Assembly (NCBI GenBank): GCA_965116885.1
Contig: OZ220741.1
Location: 2,912,001 to 2,976,000 of the forward strand
Reading direction: 5' to 3'
DNA: 64,000 bases
Origin: Candidatus Latescibacterota bacterium
Lineage (GTDB): Bacteria > Latescibacterota > UBA2968
Both the position numbers and the translations under genes were made by a program. Shown here in pieces: positions 60,479-64,000 of this stretch. The stretch's first letter is position 1; each line of letters opens with the position of its first letter. Under the pieces are notes generated by a model, which was not told where the DNA came from, ran no database searches, and saw only the letters and a list, made by a program, of their open reading frames with translations.

Positions 60479-62353
60479 ATGGTAGAATTACGATTCGACA
60501 TCACGCCGTTTCTGGATCAAGACGAAGGCCAGCACTTTGATCGCAAGTCGTTGTATGAGGGAGAAGATGGTGCCAAACGGTCACGTAACCGCCGCGCCGT
60601 GCGGGATCAGGTCGCGGAATATGTGGCGGGCTTCGCCAATGCCGAAGGTGGTGTGCTTGTCCTGGGCATAGAGGATGACCGCACCATTACTGGGCACCAG
60701 CTACCTCAGGATGCTTTGAACAGTATCCTGAAGACCCCGAGTACTCGCTTGAAGCCCGTACAGCCCGATGGCTTTGTTATGCCGATTGAAGGGTGCGAAC
60801 TGATTGTTTTTGATGTTCCGGCTTCAGATGTTCCCGTTCAGGTAATCGGGGATGGCTTCCCGTTGCGAATGGGCGATCAGACAGTGCAATCCAGCGAGAG
60901 CCAAATCAATACGCTCAAGTTTGAAGGCATGGCGGAGAGTTGGGAAAGCCGACGATCATCAATGACTTTGGCTGATCTGGATGAGCGACTGTTAGAACGT
61001 GCACGACAAGGAGCGGGTTTATCCGCTTTGACTGATGAAGAGTATTTGCTCAAGCGCAAATTGGCCGATCGCCGAGGGCGAGGGATCGTGCTTCGAAATG
61101 CTGCGGAGTTGCTCTTTGCCCGTTATGGTCCGGACCATCCCAATGCCGGCGTCCGTCTATTTCGCGTTATTGGCACCGAGCGCTATACCGGCCCCGAACA
61201 CAATGTCGAAGAACGCCCACGCTGTGAAGGCAACTTGCCTGCGGTCATATCGGAAATTCGCAGTGTCATCAGCAGTTTGCTGCGACGTCCTATGCGACTC
61301 GTGGGGAGTCGCTTTCAGGAATCCGCCGAATATCCGGATTTCGCATGGCTGGAGGCGTTGCTCAATGCCATCGCGCACCGCGATTACAGGGTTGAAGGCA
61401 CCTGCATAGAGGTCTGGCTATTCGATGATCGCATGGAAGTGGTCAGCCCGGGCGGGCTGGTCGGCAACTTGACCACAGAAGCGTTGCTCACGCTCAAGCG
61501 CGTCCATCACAGCCGCAATCCCCGCATGATCCGGGTGCTTGTGGATCTCGGTCTCGCACGCGACCAGGGCGAGGGTATTCCGCGGATGTTTGCTGAGATG
61601 GAAGACGCTTTTTTGCCAAGGCCAGATATAGATGCGACCAACCGCAATGTCACGGTCACGCTTCGGAATACGCTTACCCTGAATGCGATGGATCGAGAAT
61701 TTATCTCGGCTCTCGGTGATATTGAGCTTTCCCGCAATGAGTTTCGGGCATTGCTTTACACGTATCGCCACGGTCAGATAGACAATGCGAGGTTGCGTGC
61801 TTTATCCGGTCTGGATACCTTAAATGCCAGTTATCTTTTGCGCGGCCTCCGTGACCGGGATTTGTTGGCACTTCATTCTCATGGCCCCAACAGCTACTAC
61901 ACATTGACTTCTGTACTGACATCGCGAGTTGGAGAGTACAAACTGGAAACCGGGGAGTCCAGAGCAAAAGATGGGGAGTTCGACACGGATGGGAGGGAGT
62001 TCGATACGGATACAGGTAAGCTTAGTGCGGATGAGGGGGAGCTCTGCGTGGATGGGAGGGAGTTCGATGCGGATGGGGGGGAGCTTCCAGGTTATATCAG
62101 AGCGCGTATTGCAAAACTTGGAAAGCGACCGCGTCGTGTGCGTGTACGTCCCATTATCTATTTAATATGCAATCAAGGAAAATGGGTAACTTCCGCTGAA
62201 CTTGCCGGTTTCCTCAACATCGGTCAAGAGAAACTAACGGCGGGTCATATTACTCCTATGATGCATAGCGGAGAACTTGTGTCACGCTTTCCAGACAAGC
62301 CCAACCACCCTCGCCAGGCTTACCGAGCCGTTGCATCCCAACGCCCGGAGTAG
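60479..62353 (+). CDS. Schlafen/AlbA_2 domain + HATPase-like + wHTH protein with low-complexity linker
   Basis: EGQHFDRKS, GFANAEGGVLVLGIEDD, EALLNAIAHRDY, FDDRMEVVSPG, SRNP, GEGI, PDKPNHPRQAY. Confidence 0.88.
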   Translation: MVELRFDITPFLDQDEGQHFDRKSLYEGEDGAKRSRNRRAVRDQVAEYVAGFANAEGGVLVLGIEDDRTITGHQLPQDALNSILKTPSTRLKPVQPDGFVMPIEGCELIVFDVPASDVPVQVIGDGFPLRMGDQTVQSSESQINTLKFEGMAESWESRRSSMTLADLDERLLERARQGAGLSALTDEEYLLKRKLADRRGRGIVLRNAAELLFARYGPDHPNAGVRLFRVIGTERYTGPEHNVEERPRCEGNLPAVISEIRSVISSLLRRPMRLVGSRFQESAEYPDFAWLEALLNAIAHRDYRVEGTCIEVWLFDDRMEVVSPGGLVGNLTTEALLTLKRVHHSRNPRMIRVLVDLGLARDQGEGIPRMFAEMEDAFLPRPDIDATNRNVTVTLRNTLTLNAMDREFISALGDIELSRNEFRALLYTYRHGQIDNARLRALSGLDTLNASYLLRGLRDRDLLALHSHGPNSYYTLTSVLTSRVGEYKLETGESRAKDGEFDTDGREFDTDTGKLSADEGELCVDGREFDADGGELPGYIRARIAKLGKRPRRVRVRPIIYLICNQGKWVTSAELAGFLNIGQEKLTAGHITPMMHSGELVSRFPDKPNHPRQAYRAVASQRPE

Positions 62354-62418
62354 CCCTTAGTTTTCTTTTCCACGGCTGCAAATAGCGTGTTTGAACTAAG
62401 CCAGGTACTCAGCGTACT

Positions 62419-62457
62419 AAAAAACAGCCCGTCCTGAAAATGGATGGGCTATTTTTT
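62419..62457. terminator. Bidirectional terminator; right copy of the direct repeat
   Basis: AAAAAACAGCCCGTCC-TGAAAA-TGGATGGGCTATTTTTT; overlaps the stop of the minus-strand gene. Confidence 0.8.
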
Positions 62458-62847
62458 GTCAAACCCGCCTTCACGCGCCTGGCGGGTCATTTCTTTTATG
62501 AGTTTGGGCGCGGGGTCTTCCCATCCTTCGGGTTTGAGTATTTTGCCGTCTTCCCGGCGAATGACTTTTCCGTTTACGACTTTTTGCATGTTTGCATTGT
62601 GGACGATGTCGAAGAGCGGGTCGAGGTTGATGCCGTTGCGTACGGCGAAGTCGCAGATGTAGTAGATCGCATCGACGAGCGCGTCAGCCTGTTCTGTGAC
62701 GGTCTGCGCGGCCATTAACTCGTCCATTTCATCGTTGACCATTTCTCGTATGAATGCGATGCCTTCTGCGGTCATGTTTTGCGGATGCGCTGGCAGGTCG
62801 TCGTTACAGGCCATTGTAAATTCGCGCACTTGAGCTGTGTATCCCAT
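62449..62847 (-). CDS. All-alpha NTP pyrophosphohydrolase (MazG/PRA-PH-like)
   Basis: DEMDEL, DALVDAIY, VHNANMQK, RREDGKILKPEGW. Confidence 0.85.
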   Translation of the reverse strand: MGYTAQVREFTMACNDDLPAHPQNMTAEGIAFIREMVNDEMDELMAAQTVTEQADALVDAIYYICDFAVRNGINLDPLFDIVHNANMQKVVNGKVIRREDGKILKPEGWEDPAPKLIKEMTRQAREGGFDKK

Positions 62848-63032
62848 GCGTACTCCTGGTGAATGGTAAGATACAAGATGTGTACATTAGAAATTACTAA
62901 AGTACAAGATCAAAAACAAATGCAATGGTTCGTCTATTCGTTTTTGGTCTTTGACTTTTGGGCGTTGCGTCTATATTTTTGGCGCGATATGTTGTTGATT
63001 GGTGAACTATGACGCGAAAGGATTTAGATTAT

Positions 63033-64000
63033 ATGGCGAGTATTAATGCAAATTATGACAAATTGGCTGCGGGATATTTGTTTCCCGAGATTGCGCGGAG
63101 GACGCAGGTTTTTCTCGATGCACATCCAGAGGTGTCCGTGATGCGGTTGGGCATTGGCAATACGACCGAGCCGCTGACGAGGAGCGTGATTGCCGGTTTG
63201 CACGATGCGGTGGACCAGATGGCGCGTGTGGAGACGTATCGCGGCTATGCCGATGGTGGAGAGGGCGAGCCTGAGATGCGGGAGGCTCTGGCGAAGCGCT
63301 ATGCAAAGTACGGGGTTGATCTCGATGCGTCTGAGGTTTTTGTGAGCGATGGCGCCAAGTCAGATTCGGCGAATATCCAGTCGATTTTTGGTATGGATAA
63401 TGTGATTGCTGTGCAGGATCCGGCATATCCGGTATATGTCGATAGCAATGTGATTTCCGGACGGACGGGCGAGGCGGTGAACGATCAGTATGCAGGACTG
63501 GTTTATATGCCGTGTACGGAAGAGAATGGTTTTATGCCCGAGGTGCCAGATGAAAAAGTGGATTTGATCTATATTTGCAGCCCGAATAATCCAACGGGTG
63601 CTGTGGCAACCCGAGCGCAGCTTCAGGCGTTTGTGGATTATGCGATAGAACACAGGGCGGTGATTATTTATGATGCGGCTTATGCCGGGTATATCTCCGA
63701 TGCGGATTTGCCGCGAACGATTTACGAGGTTGAGGGGGCAAAGTCCTGCGCGATTGAGATCAATAGTTTTTCCAAAGATACCGGGTTTACGGGTGTGCGC
63801 CTGGGATGGACAGTTGTGCCGATGGATCTGGTGGTGGAAGACGCGGAGGCGGGCAAATTGAATACGCTGTGGGGCAGGCGTCAAAATACGTTTTTTAATG
63901 GTGCTTCTAATATTGTGCAATTGGGTGCTTTGTCGGTGTTTACCGAAGAAGGCGAACGCGAATGCCAGGAGATGATTGCGTATTATATGGAGAATGCGCG
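63033..64000 (+). CDS. dapL: LL-diaminopimelate aminotransferase (runs off the window end)
   Basis: Hand translation from ATG 63033: MASINANYDKLAAGYLFPEIARR, LGIGNTTEP, FVSDGAKSD, DPAYPVYVD, CSPNNPTG, YDAAY, SFSK..GFTGVRLGW; no stop before 64000. Confidence 0.93.
   Translation, partial: MASINANYDKLAAGYLFPEIARRTQVFLDAHPEVSVMRLGIGNTTEPLTRSVIAGLHDAVDQMARVETYRGYADGGEGEPEMREALAKRYAKYGVDLDASEVFVSDGAKSDSANIQSIFGMDNVIAVQDPAYPVYVDSNVISGRTGEAVNDQYAGLVYMPCTEENGFMPEVPDEKVDLIYICSPNNPTGAVATRAQLQAFVDYAIEHRAVIIYDAAYAGYISDADLPRTIYEVEGAKSCAIEINSFSKDTGFTGVRLGWTVVPMDLVVEDAEAGKLNTLWGRRQNTFFNGASNIVQLGALSVFTEEGERECQEMIAYYMENA

Noticed and set aside
63043..63920. Minus-strand ORFs of 127 and 186 aa
   Set aside because: Shadows of dapL on the plus strand, which the ORF track missed because it has no stop in the window.

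Overview
A 64 kb bacterial chromosomal window that is mostly housekeeping: queC, hemJ, ssrA (tmRNA), nucleotide-sugar genes, argF, ftsEX, surA, mfd, tRNA-Asp, ilvC, ahcY-metF, xth, tldD/pmbA, rsmB, sat, tRNA-Lys, moaC/moeA, rne/rng-rplU-rpmA-mdh and dapL (truncated by the window edge). Accessory genes are interspersed: a Zn-ribbon/SF1 helicase/DUF559-like nuclease fusion near ssrA, a SNF2-SWIM helicase, an AbiE type IV toxin-antitoxin pair, a sulfatase, and LRR and Asp-box proteins. The sulfatase, PhyH-family and LRR lipoprotein content is reminiscent of marine host-associated (e.g. sponge) bacteria, but this is inference only. No CRISPR array, integrase or transposase was found. The three strongest leads are: (1) a ~4.6 kb insert between mdh and an NTP-PPase gene, bounded by a duplicated terminator and carrying two Schlafen/AlbA_2-HATPase-wHTH genes, each preceded by a homologous non-coding module of 11-bp helically phased repeats; (2) an XRE-HTH fused to a degenerate class III nucleotidyl-cyclase domain heading the ahcY-metF operon, a candidate new methionine-cycle regulator; (3) an FtsE whose Walker A and ABC signature are both degenerate, next to ftsX and an EnvC-like coiled coil without a LytM domain. 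All assignments come from motif reading; no database searches were run.
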